64,000 nt of DNA, taken from the NCBI RefSeq assembly GCF_001194135.2, contig NC_068983.1:79645752-79709751 (forward strand), in the 5' to 3' direction. The stretch comes from Octopus bimaculoides. Taxonomy: Eukaryota. The notes under the pieces are model-generated. The model did not search any database and was not told where the DNA came from. It saw nothing but the letters and a program-made list of their open reading frames with translations. Numbering within the stretch: position 1 is the stretch's first letter; every line of letters starts with the position of its first letter. Of this stretch, positions 35,446-49,223 are shown one piece after another. A program made the translations under genes and the position numbers.

Positions 35446-36068
35446 GTATTTTACATTAAATACAAAACATCAGTATCTTCACCACTATAATCTATATATA
35501 AATTCGTAAGAGCTGCTATTTTCACATAATAGAGACTTGTTAATTGTTTATACATGTTGTATTGACTGCTGTTGCTGACTGACTAGATCTATAATCAAAA
35601 ACATTCAAACCATGGCCATCCCATATACCCAACATTATCCAATGAGGTCTTAGATATAATCTATTTTTATGGTGTTAAAGTGCAAGATAATGGGTAATTC
35701 AACTGTTATTTCTAGTACACGAAACAACCACATAGAGGACTCAATGTTTGTTCTTATTTTAAATGCGTTTATATGCATAATTCTTAATGTAACAAATGTG
35801 TTTATATGCGTAATTCCTAATGTAAATTGCTGTTTTGGTCTTCAAGTCATGATATCATACAACTATTAATTAAATGAAAACTAGTTATAATTATTGGCTT
35901 TCCAATCAGGTAAAAAATTTATGTAGAAGCTTTGCTAGATGAGATGGTATTTTTCTTAAAATATTTATTGTAGGGGTAAAATTTCATTAATTCTTATTCT
36001 AAGGAAAGTTTTCTTTCTTTTACAGTGCTCTCACCATCTTGAACTTTTTTCACAGTAATTTATGATAT

Positions 36069-36492
36069 AGGCACAAGTGTGACTGTGTGGTTAAGAAATT
36101 TGCTTTCAAACTAATTAGTCTTGAGTTTGATCTCACTGTGTGACATCTTGAGTAAGAGACTTTAATTGTAACGCTGGGCCAACCAAAGCCTTGTGAGTGA
36201 ATTTGATAGATAAAAATGAAAGAAACCCATCATGCATGCATGTGTGAGTGCGTGTGTGTTATATTAATATGTTTTAGTTGTAAAATGGGTGTTGCCATCA
36301 TGAAAACAGTGTCCTTTGTTTTCTACCTTCTGTGAAAATACATTCATCCATGGAGTAATATTACTTTGCTTAGAAATAGGTAAGAGTAGATGACAGGAAC
36401 ATCATCCAGTCCTAGAAAATCTGCCTCATTGAATTAATTCTGACCCATACATGATTGGTTAAAGTGAATGTTAAAATGATAGTGATGTGATG
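36069..36492 (+). mobile_element. Chimeric SINE: F1 CORE head plus D2 tail
   Basis: F1 head to about 36250, then ..TAGAAAATCTGCCTCA..AAGTGAATGTTAAAATGATAGTGATG. Confidence 0.7.
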
Positions 36493-36533
36493 CGAAATCA
36501 AATATTTCATAATTATTTTGGACCATCAAGAAA

Positions 36534-36943
36534 CATCATCATCATCATCATATGAGTCAAGCAGAATTTGTTGAGGCAGATTTTCTATGGCCATTTGCCC
36601 TTATTGTCACCAACCCTCATCTGTTTCCAAGTAAGATAATATTTCATGACCAGACATATTCTTAGGGAAGATTAGAAACAAAGGACATAGCTTATGTGAT
36701 AGTGATGCTCAGTGTCAAGACAAGGAAACTCAAGCATACACACACTCATGCTTACATACACATTTGTACATATATACATACATGAGTATATATACACACA
36801 ATGGGCTTCTTTTAGTTTGTGTTTACCAAATCCATTCAAAAGGTTTTGGTCAGTCTAACATGACACTTGCCTAATCTGCCACATGGTGAGACTGAACCTG
36901 AAACTATAGTGTTGGGAAGCAAACTGTTTAACCATACAGCCAC
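36534..36943 (-). mobile_element. Chimeric SINE: F1 head plus D2 tail (inverted partner)
   Basis: (CAT)n..TGAGGCAGATTTTCTA..; F1 head in reverse at 36800-36943. Confidence 0.7.
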
Positions 36944-38806
36944 TACTGATCTACTGAAAATAACCTTGTGATCATAGCTATAGTAGATACTCGATTATTA
37001 CAAATTTTGCTAGAAGCAGTGAATATTCTTGAATTTTAAAGTATCCAATGCTAGTGTGCTGAAATTTTATAAAATCAGCATTTGTCATATTAAACATTCA
37101 AAGGCTTATTGTTGAGTAAATAAACTTTGTTTTTAAGAATGTATCTATATCTCCAACTTCAATATCCAAGGAGGTTTTCCTTGTATCTTGTAAATATATA
37201 TATTTAATATTCCCAATGCTAACTTTATTGCTAGTTGAATCTATGTAATTCCGTTAATATTTACATGAGCTTGTTGTCAAGTAAGTTGATCACCCAATAC
37301 ATAACAACAAATCCAGCAGTACAGAATCAAGTATTATTTAAATTGTTCAATTTATGTCACAAATTGAGCCATTTCAAATGCTGTAATATGCCTTTAGCTT
37401 AAACTATGTAGCTCACTTAACTTTGTATAATTTTCTCTAGCAATAAGTATTAAATAAATTTATACTATATAATTCATGAGCAATGGCATCCTTGGTTACA
37501 GATATCCAACAGATCATTCTCTACTTCACTGCATTTTCAAAGACAGAAGCAAAAAAAAAAGAGTATTGGTAACTCATTGCAGAACATATATTAACAGGAG
37601 GCTTCATTCAAAGAACACTGGTCTCTTTTTGCTCTCTTATTCTTGTTTACTTATTTTTCTTGCATGCACACACACACACACATATATGTATGTTTACACA
37701 TACACACAACTGACTTCTGTGCAGTTTTCATTTGTAACCTATTAGTAATTCTGAGGTTATGACAGAAAACCCAAATGCAAATGTGTCTTCAATGCAGTGG
37801 TATCAACCCCGAACTTTGTTATCGTAAAGCAAACTTATTTATCTCACAGCCATATATTCACTTGTAGAATTAGTATATGTCATTTTTTCCAAGTGCATAT
37901 GGATATTTTATAATTAGATGTATCACTCCTTTGATGGTTCATTATTAAAAAAAAATCGAAGTAAACTTATAGAAAAATACTTTGAGATATTTAGAAATGT
38001 TTAACTAAAACAGTTGTCATCTATCTTATGGATGATAATAAAAATCAGTGTACAAGAAACTAATGATTGTAAACTTTGGCAAAAATCCAACATTTGAGCT
38101 AAAGATAGTTTGTATAAAAGTCTTTCTCAAGCTGTATGGCTGCAGTTGTATCTAATTAACAATCTTTGTGATAAATATGTGAAGCTAGGTTTGTGAATAA
38201 TTAGTGATTAATGAAGACAATACAGTTAATTTATGTATAATAATATAAGCAAATATATAAAGCAACAGAGGTAGGCCACATTTGGTATATGCTACACTAG
38301 GTTATACTAAAGATGGAATTGAAAATTTTTTTATATCAACAAAATTATTGATTTTTAACTAAATTGATAATAAAAATATTAGCTTTATGAGAAATTGATG
38401 CTATTTTGGAAATACTCTGTTTTCTAAGTTAAAGGTGTGGGTGATAATATCAAGGTTGCTTGTATTTGAGCTTTATTGGAGAAAGCTTAAATTTCAGAGA
38501 ATAGTTTTAAAAAATTGAGATGACTTACAGATAACAACTTTATCAAAACTCTGATTATTTTGTTACTTCTGTTTGTAAAGATAATTTATCATGAAATATT
38601 ATTGGATTATTAAGCAACCTATGTAATGTAATACCCTATCTTTCTCTTTACTTTTCGTTCCTTGGTATCATCTTACATTGCTTAAAGGTTTTTACAAACA
38701 TTTATCTGACTTTCATAAAGTTTTGATTTTAAAACAATAGCTAAGAGAGAAATCAGATATAAAACTGCCTAGTGAGCACTTTTCTTAGCATAGAGTTGCC
38801 CGTGTT

Positions 38807-39100
38807 CATCATCATCATCATCATCATCGTTTAACGTCCGCTTTCCATGCTAGCATGGGTTGGACGATTTGACTGAGGACTGGTGAAACCGGATGGCAAC
38901 ACCAGGCTCCAGTCCGATTTGGCAGAGTTTCTACAGCTGGATGCCCTTCCTAACGCCAACCACTCAGAGAGTGTAGTGGGTGCTTTTACGTGTCACCCGC
39001 ACGAAAACGGCCACGCTCGAAATGGTGTCTTTTATGTGCCACCCGCACAAGCCAGTCCAGGGGCACTGGCAACGATCTCGCTCGAAAATCCTACAGGAGC
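38807..39100 (-). mobile_element. Young RTE 3' UTR (D1), CpG-rich
   Basis: (CAT)n-CGTTTAACGTCCGCTTTCC..GATGCCCTTCCTAACGCCAACC..GTGGGTGCTTTTACGTG; it accounts for ORF 38883..39179. Confidence 0.85.
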
Positions 39101-40479
39101 CAATAATCTTAAAATGTTTATTTTAAAATTATGTAGCAGTCTTTGTTACCATTGTTTCAAATCAGCCTTGATTGAGTAAATCTATGATTTTTGCTACTCA
39201 TACAATGACTATCCTGACCTTTTAGGTAGCATTTGTAGGACTACATCATCTAATGTGTTCTTTTCTTTGCCAAGACTGTAGACCATGATTTGATGAAGAT
39301 TTATTTACCAATATATGTGTAAGCATCCAAAAAAATGTAGGAAATAATTGCTTAAGTGAATAGAGTTAATTTATATCTCATTTTCAAAAATGACATCAAT
39401 GAATATATGAATATATTTTCAGATGTACTCTAAACACAGATTTCAAAGATTGTGATTTTTCAGGCCATTAACCTCATCTATAGAAATGAGTTTTCAGTAT
39501 TTGTACCTATTTTAAGGCTGTGCTTTTAAGGATCACTTCTAAAGTGTGTGCTGCAATATATCCAATTTTAGTATTTATGACTACATTACATTTGATCAGT
39601 TTGATCTTTTGTTGTCAATATGAAAGTATAAACAGGATTATGCTATATTCATACTTGGAGCCTTTTTTTCTGGTCTAATCTATAAGATACAGGGATAAGC
39701 TACCTCATAATTATTGGAGAGTAAATCAATTAAAATGTAGTATACATGTAAGTATAGGAAAATTTCTATAAATTGATTTAACTGTATTAAGAATTATCTT
39801 ATCAAAACTCATAACAGACATTTCGACATTTAAATATTTAAATAAATAATGATCTGTTTTTGTTAAATATAGTTTGTATCGAGTATGGTGGGGGACATAG
39901 TTAGTTAAAACATCCACTGATAAACAAGACAAAAAGTAAAATTTTCTTTTATGCATTTGAACTTGAGGGAATGGGAATTAAAATGTAAATATTGTTAAGT
40001 ATTTGAATTTGCTCTTTGCAGCTCTTTACAATTTACTTCCACACTTGATGTGAATGTTAAGAATATTGATCTTTTCTTGACTATTCAGAAGGTTAACTTC
40101 TGTAAGAGAAAGTCAATAATAGTCAAGGGAATTGAAGTATATTACTGGTATTTGTTTTATTAACTCATTTTTTTTTAAAATCCTACTAAAACAGACCTGG
40201 TTTTATGATACAAAGTATTTTGAGCTTTGAAGTGTTTATATGAGTTAAAACCTTCAATGATAATATTATATTAGACTCTTTAGTTTAGTCATGTTCTGAA
40301 CACAAACTTAATGGAAAAAATTAATTTCTTCATGAAATCCATCTAAATTTTTCATTATTAAAAAAAATCTTTTTGCTATTTAAAAAAATTAATTAAAACA
40401 TAAACCTTAGTTCAGTAGAGAAATGTTCCCAAAAAGATTAATCAATGACTTAAATTCAAGACAAAAGCTCAATATCCAG

Positions 40480-40740
40480 TAAATTTTGAAGCCATGGGCA
40501 GCAGTGAAGTCAATTTAATTAATCCCATCATAGGACTGGTACTTATTTTATAAACACTAGAAAAATGAATAGCAATGTCAATCCTAGTTGAATTTTGACT
40601 CAGAACACAAATGCAAATTACTAAATAGAATAATAATAATAATAATTGCATTCAATTTAGGCAGGAGATCAGCAATTTTGAATGGAGAGAGAGCTAATTG
40701 ATTCCATCAACCATCACTATTTGATTGGTAGTTATTTTAT
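40480..40740 (-). mobile_element. Two degraded SINE C fragments separated by (AAT)n
   Basis: ACTGGTACTTATTTTAT..GAATTTTGACTCAGAAC and CAGCAATTTTG..TTGGTAGTTATTTTATT. Confidence 0.5.
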
Positions 40741-40754
40741 TAAACTTGGAGTAA

Positions 40755-40950
40755 TCATCATCATCATCCTCATCATCATTTAACATCCGCTTTCCATGCC
40801 AGCATGGGTTGGACGATTTGACTGAGGACTGGTGAAACAGATGGCTACACCAGGCTCCAATCTGATTTGGCAGAGTTTCTACAGCTGGATGCCCTTCCTA
40901 ATGCCAACCAATCTGAGAGTGTAGTGGGTGCTTTTACGTGTCACTGGCAC
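40755..40950 (-). mobile_element. RTE 3' UTR (D1)
   Basis: Near-identical to 38810-38990. Confidence 0.85.
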
Positions 40951-42185
40951 AATGGTCATAATACCAATGATATATTAATCAGATAGCTTTATAGGTAATA
41001 AGCTGCTGCCATTTTCATTCCTTTCCTCAAGGCATTTAGTGAGATAAGGGAACTGGTTCCAACTGGGAATCAAAACCAGGCCAGACCCACAATTAACTGA
41101 GAGTCTACTCTCAGAATTCTCTTTTCACCAATGAAACATAATTAAATAAACACTGAAATTAAAATCAGCAACCAGTGTTGTAAGAGTATATGACAGGAAA
41201 AAAATATCTATTTTAATATTTCTACTATCTAGGGCTTTTGTTAGTGAGATTGCATACTTCTCTAAATGTATATTTGTGTGTGTGTGTGTGCATGCATGCA
41301 CTTGTGTTTGTGTGTTCATGTGACCTGCCATATACCTCACTTCAATTATATTAAAATGAAAAATATTTTTGCTGATATTGACTGAGTACAGTCAACTAAT
41401 ACAATAAGACAAACTCTCTTGAGGATGTCTTTTAACTTTTCCAATTTTCATAAAATATTTTCCCTGTAAACTAAATCTATTATCAAAGAAATTTATGACT
41501 CTATACTTTGAATAGAAACATAAACTTTAGAAATATTCTAATCTATCCAATGTATTTTCTACTGAATTTCCACAAAGTGAATCAGAGTTCTGTGATCAGT
41601 TGACACTTGTTTTTGTTTTGATATTTCTTTTCTTTATTCTTATGTTTATTTCCACTTGGCTCTGTTTGTGTGCGTGTTTCATGTGCAAAAGAGATTGTAC
41701 CCATGGACTTAACAGATAGGCTAATTTTAGGGAGATTTTAGTGTTTAATGTTCAGATTGAGAAGTTAGAAGCTGACCATTGCAAAAATAAATAAATAAAT
41801 AAATAAACAACCAAAGAACGAATTTAAACAAGTGACAGCCTGAAGATGATATATCAAGCACAGTGATCAGTACAGGGTTTCTATGCAGGTACAATATAGG
41901 TGATGAGAGGTAGAGTAATGAGCAAATTAGGTATACTTGAGTGAAATGCCATATCAAGTGACACAGAAGTGATTGTAGTTGTAATAGAAAAGGCAAAGAG
42001 AGGAGACAGGTAGGAATGTCTTGGTGAATGATTTGATACTAATCAGTTGGAAGACCTTTCGTAGGAAATAGGCTAGAAAAATGTGTTACAACAACATTGT
42101 GTCCAATGTAAGCCCAGTACATCATTGTACTGGTATTATGTAAGTCTTGCCTGAGTTTTGTAGATGGTCTGTAGTTGCTAGAAGG

Positions 42186-42592
42186 CAGCACTAGATTAAC
42201 CATTAAGCAAAATAAGCATGTGCCTAGGGTATCAAGTGACCTGAGAGCATCACAGAAATAGTAAATGGTTTATGGCACAAAAGAAATTACTTTAAACTTG
42301 TTAAAATAATATTTAGGATGCCTTATCTCTACAAAGTTTAGAAGCAGATGTGTTACATAAGATTAATTTTGAAGATCTGATCAAAGACTTTGCAATTAAG
42401 AAAGAGAAAGTATTTTAAGCATAAATAAAGTGGAGTATACAAAAATAAGCATTATTTTCCTTCTTACTGTTAGTTTTGTTTCATTTTGAAAACTAAAACT
42501 TTATTTCATGGTTATATTTTGAATTACTTATATATAAGGGTACCAAAATCATTTAAGTGCTTACGGCTTCTATGGGTCTTAATCTTTTCCTG
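42186..42592 (+). mobile_element. Internally deleted hAT-family element
   Basis: The termini CAG..GATTAACC / GGTCTTAATC..CCTG are partly complementary. The internal remnant DALSL/EADVLHKINFEDLIKDFAIKK resembles the hAT C-terminal dimerisation region (LSIExD..IDFDDIIxDFAxKK). Confidence 0.55.
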
Positions 42593-42794
42593 TCCCTGAA
42601 GGAAAGGCCAATCTTTGTGATGCAGCAAAATATTATCCAATGAAATTTTTATTTCTCAGATTTATAAATTTTGTTACTGACTTATTTTTTCAGGAAGGAA
42701 ATTATTGTGGTTTTATTATTTCAAGGTGCTTGCATAGGATTACCTCACATGGGACAAAGGATAAGGAAGTGGTGAATTGGTGTGTTTATTAACT

Positions 42795-42956
42795 TAGTGT
42801 TGCTATAAAGAGTGCTTCCCAACCTTATGAGTTCAGGTTCACTCCCACTGTGTGGTACCTTGGGCAACTGTCTTCTACTAGGTTGATCAACTTCTACCAG
42901 GCTGATCACAGCCTTATGAATGGATTTTACAAGTGGAAACTGAAAGAAGCCCATCA

Positions 42957-42990
<34 letters not shown>

Positions 42991-43232
42991 TATGCTTGTT
43001 TCTCTTTCTGTTAGTATTCACGGTTGTTGTAAATGAATTTCATTTATGTACAATATATTGCTAAAACATGTCTGGCCATGGGGAAATATTACCTTGTTTG
43101 GAAACAGATGAGGGTTGGTGACAGGAAGGGCATCCAACCAAAGAAAATCTGTCTCAATAAACTCCTTTTTAACCATGTAAACATGGAAAAGTGGCTGTTA
43201 AAAGAATGGTGGTGATGATAATGATGATGATG
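42795..43232 (+). mobile_element. Chimeric SINE: F1 head, (TG)n, D2 tail
   Basis: GGTACCTTGGGCAACTGTCTTCTAC..GAAACTGAAAGAAGCCC(TG)n..GGTTGGTGACAGGAAGGGCATCC..GGAAAAGTGG..(GAT)n. Confidence 0.8.
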
Positions 43233-44884
43233 AGGCTCTTGTAGAATTAGAGGTTATCTATTTGATGCTTGACAGTTTTCATCAGATGACATCTTTCCAA
43301 ATTTAGTTTAAAAACAAGTAAAAGAACTGTAAATACTTCATAGTAAGTTCTGTAGAAGAAATTCAACTGCTGCTAGCTTCTCAAGGAATTCTTTGATTTG
43401 ACAAGTAAGCTAAGCAGCATGTTGTGATTTTGGCAATGCAGTACTGAACCAAATGTCTGGCAAGATTGAGACCAGAAATGACCTGGATTCCTGGGATTTT
43501 CTGGTTTTTTGGAGACAGCTGACTATATACTTAAAATATAAAATAAATTATGAAATGTAAATAACTAAATTGTATGTAACAGATTCAAATTTATACATTG
43601 AAGCAGTGTTTGTTTGGTATTTATTAATTGACTTCTTAAAATATATCATACACACACACGCACACACACACACGACTGTATCTACCCATGTTTATACCAC
43701 TTAAAAACTGGTGTTTTATTTAGTTTGTATTCCTTTATATCCCATAATTTAGCAGTTCAACAAACAGATAAATAAAATAAGTACTAAGCATATCATCAAC
43801 CTTTTCACTGTACTTTATTCATCTTCCCTTCCTCATATATGAGCTGTTGCTGTTAGATTTTATTGTCTCTGGCAATATCATAGAATTATGATAACCTTAA
43901 TCTTGCCAAAATCACAACATGATGCTTAACTTATTTGTTAAATCAACAACATCATGAAATATGTACTGAAACTACTATAATCAGTTAAACTTTTGAAGAT
44001 GATGCCCCAGCATGATCACAATCTAATGACTGAAACTAAGGGGAAAAAAAAAACAGAAAAAGAAAAAGAATTCTAGCTTCATGAATTAGCAATGTGTGTT
44101 TCTTATGAGTTTACACAGCCTGCTGAGTATCTTCATAATTACAACGGAACATTTATTTTCTCAACTTTTTAACTATTAATCATATTCCTATCTCTTATCT
44201 AAGCTCAGTGAAATCAATAGAATTAATCACTCTTTACCTCGTTATCAGGTAATTTTACTTTTTAGATATTCACCAAATATTAAGATGTTTTTCAGAAGCT
44301 AGAAACTTTGTTTATCTTTTGTTTCTTTAAGTAAGATGCCTTATCAATCTACATGTTAGTTCACTCAAAAATAAAAACCCCCAAAATAAATTTGTCGTTC
44401 ATTATGTAATATCAAGAAATTGCTTGTAACTCAAGTATTGATGATATTTTTATCAGTAGTAATATGCACTTTTTACAATACACTTTCCCAATTCTTAGGT
44501 AGTCAGAGAAATGTTTTGCCAAAACTGATATGAATGGTTTCCATTAAGAAATATTATTATCGAACAATGCCGTAAGGATGACAAGTTTTCTGGATTTTAT
44601 GTTCTACTTTAGACATATCTTACATGTTTATTTTAAAGTATATGCATAACTAATGGTATAATTCAGTTTCTCAGATGAAGCATCTAGTACAGTAATTCTC
44701 AAGGTGAGGTGCTTACCCAACCAGTGTGCTGGAACAATATTTTGGTTGGGATGTGGAATTTTAGAATGAAGCATAGATAACAAGTGGGTAAAACTTTCAA
44801 AGAATTTTTAATTAACATTTATTTTGAAAATACATACACACTCACACAGGCATAAAAAAAAACATAAGTATAGCACATGTATAT

Positions 44885-45290
44885 ATCGCCATCAATACTT
44901 GCATGGGTCAAACAGAAATTATTGAGGCTAATTTTCTATGGCCAGATGCCCTTCCTGTTGCCAGTATTTACCTGTTTTTAAGCAGGGTAATATTTTCTCA
45001 AAACTAGTTAGACCTGTTTTTCATAGAAAACAAACTACCTCACTTGTATGATAATAATGTTCATTTACAACCTTCATATGATATCTAGACAAGGGTGTAT
45101 ACATACATGAACACACACACACTTATATATATGAGAGGTTTCTTCCAGTTTGTGTCTGCCAAATCCATCTCCAGGCTTTGGTTGGCTCAGGCTATAGTAG
45201 AAGACATTTGCCCAAGGTGCCATGCAGCGAATCCAAGACCACATGGTTGGGAAGCATGAAGTTCTTAACCAGAGAGTCACAGCTGTAGCT
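44885..45290 (-). mobile_element. Chimeric SINE: F1 head plus D2 tail
   Basis: CTTGCATGGGTCA..GATGCCCTTCCTGTTGCC, then GGCTATAGTAGAAGACATTTGCCCAAGGTGCC..GGTTGGGAAGC. Confidence 0.8.
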
Positions 45291-45424
45291 ATTTATATGA
45301 TAGATATGTATGTGTGTGTGTGAATGGAGCTATAAGATGTTACTCAGGCACTCACCTATGTGTCCACTGCACCTTATAACAGAAGCAACTATAAGCTAAT
45401 GAAGTTCATGAGATAATTGTTTAT

Positions 45425-45469
<45 letters not shown>

Positions 45470-45486
45470 NNNNNNNNNNNNNNNNN

Positions 45487-45562
<76 letters not shown>

Positions 45563-46069
45563 TGTGAACAAGAGAGAGAAAGGGAGAGTATGTGTGTATA
45601 TATCAGTGTGTTTCATTATAGACACAGCTGTGTTCAAGTTCTTTTTTATTTTGAATCTTTTAAAGATTTTCTTAACATTTTCTTGCAGTTAGTTTGGAAC
45701 AATAAAATTCCAGAATCCATATTCAACATTTCCAGACTTGCACAGTCTTAGTTCAATAACTGAAATAGATATGGCATCAGTGTTGCTTTTTAATGAACTT
45801 TTCAAATTCATGTAGAGTTCTCTGTGAAAGTTTTTTCAGCTGTTAGGCTTCCACATCAGCTGTCATGAATTAGTTTGTTTTGGTGTGGTCAAACTTTTTG
45901 ACCATTAGGTTTTGATGTCAGTAGCTATGTATTAATGTTTTGATATGTGTGACCTTTGCCATATATCCTGTCTGTTGACAGTAGACAAACACATTTTTGC
46001 CTTTGAAAATTCAAGTAAGTCATGGACCAAAAACGTTCAAGAAATAGCAATTGAATAAAAATGCATCTC

Positions 46070-46370
46070 TGCTGGTTTTAACAATGAGTATTCCAGTTGT
46101 TTGAACTTCTGAACTCCCTACTCATTGTATTATAATATATATGACTGAATATTCCAACTACACATGCACTGTTAATGTAATTCTCAGAGATTCAGCATGC
46201 TACAGTGTGTAACATAGTCCATTGAATTATGAGTATAGTTCATCTACACAGTTTCTCTCAACCCAGTGTTGACCCAAGGCGATAATGGAAAACACTAGTC
46301 TTAGATACTGGACAGTACGATTAAAACTAGGACATCACTATTGAAAAGCAATTTTCTTAACCACCCAGCC
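46070..46370 (-). mobile_element. Degraded SINE: F1-like head plus A-type tail
   Basis: ATTCCAGTTG..GTAATTCTCAGAGATTCAGCATG.., then TTGACCCAAGG..AAAGCAATTTTCTTAACCACCCAGCC. Confidence 0.45.
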
Positions 46371-47279
46371 AGGTGTTTGTCTCAAAGTAATTTATCAGTA
46401 AACATTATTATCTGTTTCAAATTCTATGTGTTTGATATTGTATACAGTAACATTTATGTAATCCAAGGTCAATCTGCTTAGTGACTCTTTTATGGGAGAT
46501 GATCATCAACAATGGTTTTAGATAACTTTAAATACTCTGATTTTGTAAATGTTTATATTTGCTGTGGGTTCTTCAATTTCATAAACAATTTTGTAGATAA
46601 CTTATTTAAATCAATGCACTTTACAAACTAAACCAGCATTACAGCTTACATAATTCCATCTCATATTATCTAATAGGGTAACCTCAGTGCAGTTGTCCAA
46701 CCTAAAAAATAGTTTCCATATTTCCCTCAAATCACACAGGACAAATTTAACAATGTAGTCATGCATATGATAAAAAGATCAGAGTACTTTTGATCGTAGG
46801 TCTAATCAATTAGAAATGTCATTTTTAAAAAATGAAGACTGAATATTTAGCAAAAATTATGATTAAGCATTTCTGCATATGAACCATCATAAATCAGACA
46901 AAGATAAGAAATCACAGTCATTCTAATCTTGTCTGTTTCATTTATTTTCTTCTTTGAGACAATGTTTAATGTGTCTTTTTCTTAAAGACGGTAGAGCTAG
47001 GGTATGATTAAAAGATTTGATTATTATTTATAGCAAGTCAAGTCATCATGTGCAACAATGTTTCTCAATTGTTTTTAACTTTGAGGATCAGTGGAGATCA
47101 AGCAAAAAAAATTACTGACCCACTTCACATGGAAAGGTTTGAAAAAAATGTATTTTCAAGCTAAAAAATATCCAAAAAGAATGTGTCACATTATGTTAAA
47201 AATACCAGTTCTCTGCTGATCACTGAAGTGAAGCAATTTTAAGCACAATATGTACATAGATACACATCCATTTATAAAG

Positions 47280-47440
47280 GCATATAGTCTAGTGGTTAAA
47301 GTGTTTGGTTCATAATCATAAAGTCATGGTTTCAATTTCTAAGACTGAACAGGCACATGTCCTTTATCAAGGCTCTACATTTCATGTTGCTCCAATCTAC
47401 TCACTGGTGAAGAGGTACTAACTGTATGCTACTCCAGCTC
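47280..47440 (+). mobile_element. SINE A2-type head, degraded
   Basis: TAGTCTAGTGGTTAAAG..GGTTTCAATTTC..CATGTTGCTCCAATCTACTCAC. Confidence 0.5.
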
Positions 47441-47599
47441 TCTGCTTCCAGCTGTCAAATCCTGCATGAGGTTCAGGGTCACAAAGCTCAGAAAGTGTCT
47501 ATACCTCCTCAATATTATATACACATCCAAAACAATTAACAAAAGAATATTACATGTTACCAACTCAATTTGTTCATGAGTGATGGCTGGTTATACTTC

Positions 47600-47984
47600 A
47601 TTCATCATCATCATCATCATTCAACATTCACTTTTCTCTGCTTGCATGGGTCAGGTGGAGCTTGTTGAGGCAGATTTTTTATGGCTGGATGCCCTTCCTG
47701 TCGTCAACCTTCACCTGTTTCCAAGCTGGTAATATTTTCCCATTTCCAGACATATTTTTCAGAGAAGACTGGAAATGAAGAACATTGCTTGTATGACAAT
47801 GATGCTTGTTTACAACCATTATACATACATACAAAATATATCACTCTGAGAAATAATTTTTATTAATATTATTATTATTATTGAGTGAGAGAGCAGTGCA
47901 TGCCAACAAAGTGATAAAACATACAAAGCCCAGTATAAAACATAAAACATACAAAGCCCAGTATACCCATCATGCATGCATACA

Positions 47985-48015
<31 letters not shown>

Positions 48016-48135
48016 GGATGCAATGTGTGTATGCCAGGGTTTCCATCTCCCAAATCCATTCACAAGGCTTTCATTGAGCCAGGATTGTAGAAGAAGACTT
48101 TTGCCTAAGATACTGCACGATAGGACTACACCTGT
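47600..48135 (-). mobile_element. F1-D2 chimeric SINE interrupted by an E-element 3' fragment (47881-47972)
   Basis: D2 at 47600-47820; (ATT)n-GAGTGAGAGAGCAGTGCATGCC..AAAGCCCAGTATACCCATCATG; F1 core at 48035-48135. Confidence 0.7.
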
Positions 48136-49044
48136 GTATGAAAAAAAAAAATTATGAATCCCACACTTTTCAAAACACTTAAGCATCAGTATTGATGTTT
48201 TAAATCCTTAAATTATATTACTAAGAAAATTTTCATGGTGCACCTAGATACCTTTTGAGGTGCACCAGTGTATCACAGCATTCTGTCAGTAGACCCCCTA
48301 ATGTATGGGTTGTCTTGTTAGCTCACTCTAATCCATTGACTTTTACTAATGTCAGTTATTTAGAAAGATGATCATTGATTTCTGTTATGTGTGCTCATGT
48401 GTTTCCTGTATGGGTGTATTTCTTCATAACACCTGTGACTTTCAGTTAAACAGTGCTGTTATTCTTGTTGTTTTCGGCATATATGTTTGCTTTTTTTTTC
48501 TTTCTGCTCTGTTATGTATTTATATTACCTTGGATCTTCTTCGCTTTTATGTCAACAGAATTTAGTCTTTCAAGAAAGGAAGAAATATAATTGATTTTTT
48601 TTTTCACATATAGGGATTCTGTATGACATGTGTTTGGCATTTTTAGGTTTTTACATTGTTTCTTTATTAATGTCAGTGGATTTTCCTTGTGCTATAAAAT
48701 TCTCTGTACTTCCTTTGTTCATCCGGAAGTTACTTTCTTTCATTTGACTGGAAGTTGCTTTTACTATTATATTTTTTCTTTGCTCTTATTTTTATTGCAT
48801 ACTTTCAGTGTGTTATGAGATGGTAAATAAGTCACAAAGCTATAACAATAAATTCTTTGCCAACGAACATTTATATAACAAATAAATGACAATACATAAC
48901 CAAAGGTTTAGTATAATGTATACCAAAAATCTCTTTAACCTCTGCAGGTGAAGGGTACTTCGAGTCCTCTGCTTGTCCTGCCCGTTTTCTTGACTGTTTA
49001 CTGCTGACCATCCAACTACATATTTTGGCACGTGCATGCACATG

Positions 49045-49047
<3 letters not shown>

Positions 49048-49114
<67 letters not shown>

Positions 49115-49129
49115 ACCACCACCACCACC

Positions 49130-49181
<52 letters not shown>

Positions 49182-49188
49182 TCAACAA

Positions 49189-49223
<35 letters not shown>

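Noticed and set aside
41838-41870. CTGAAGA-TGATATATCA resembling a third hammerhead
   Set aside because: GAAA is absent (AAGC) and there is no stem III or stem I pairing
48949-49030. Strong plus-strand acceptor followed by GEGYFESSACPARFLDC
   Set aside because: There is no credible donor before the microsatellite and no recognisable homology
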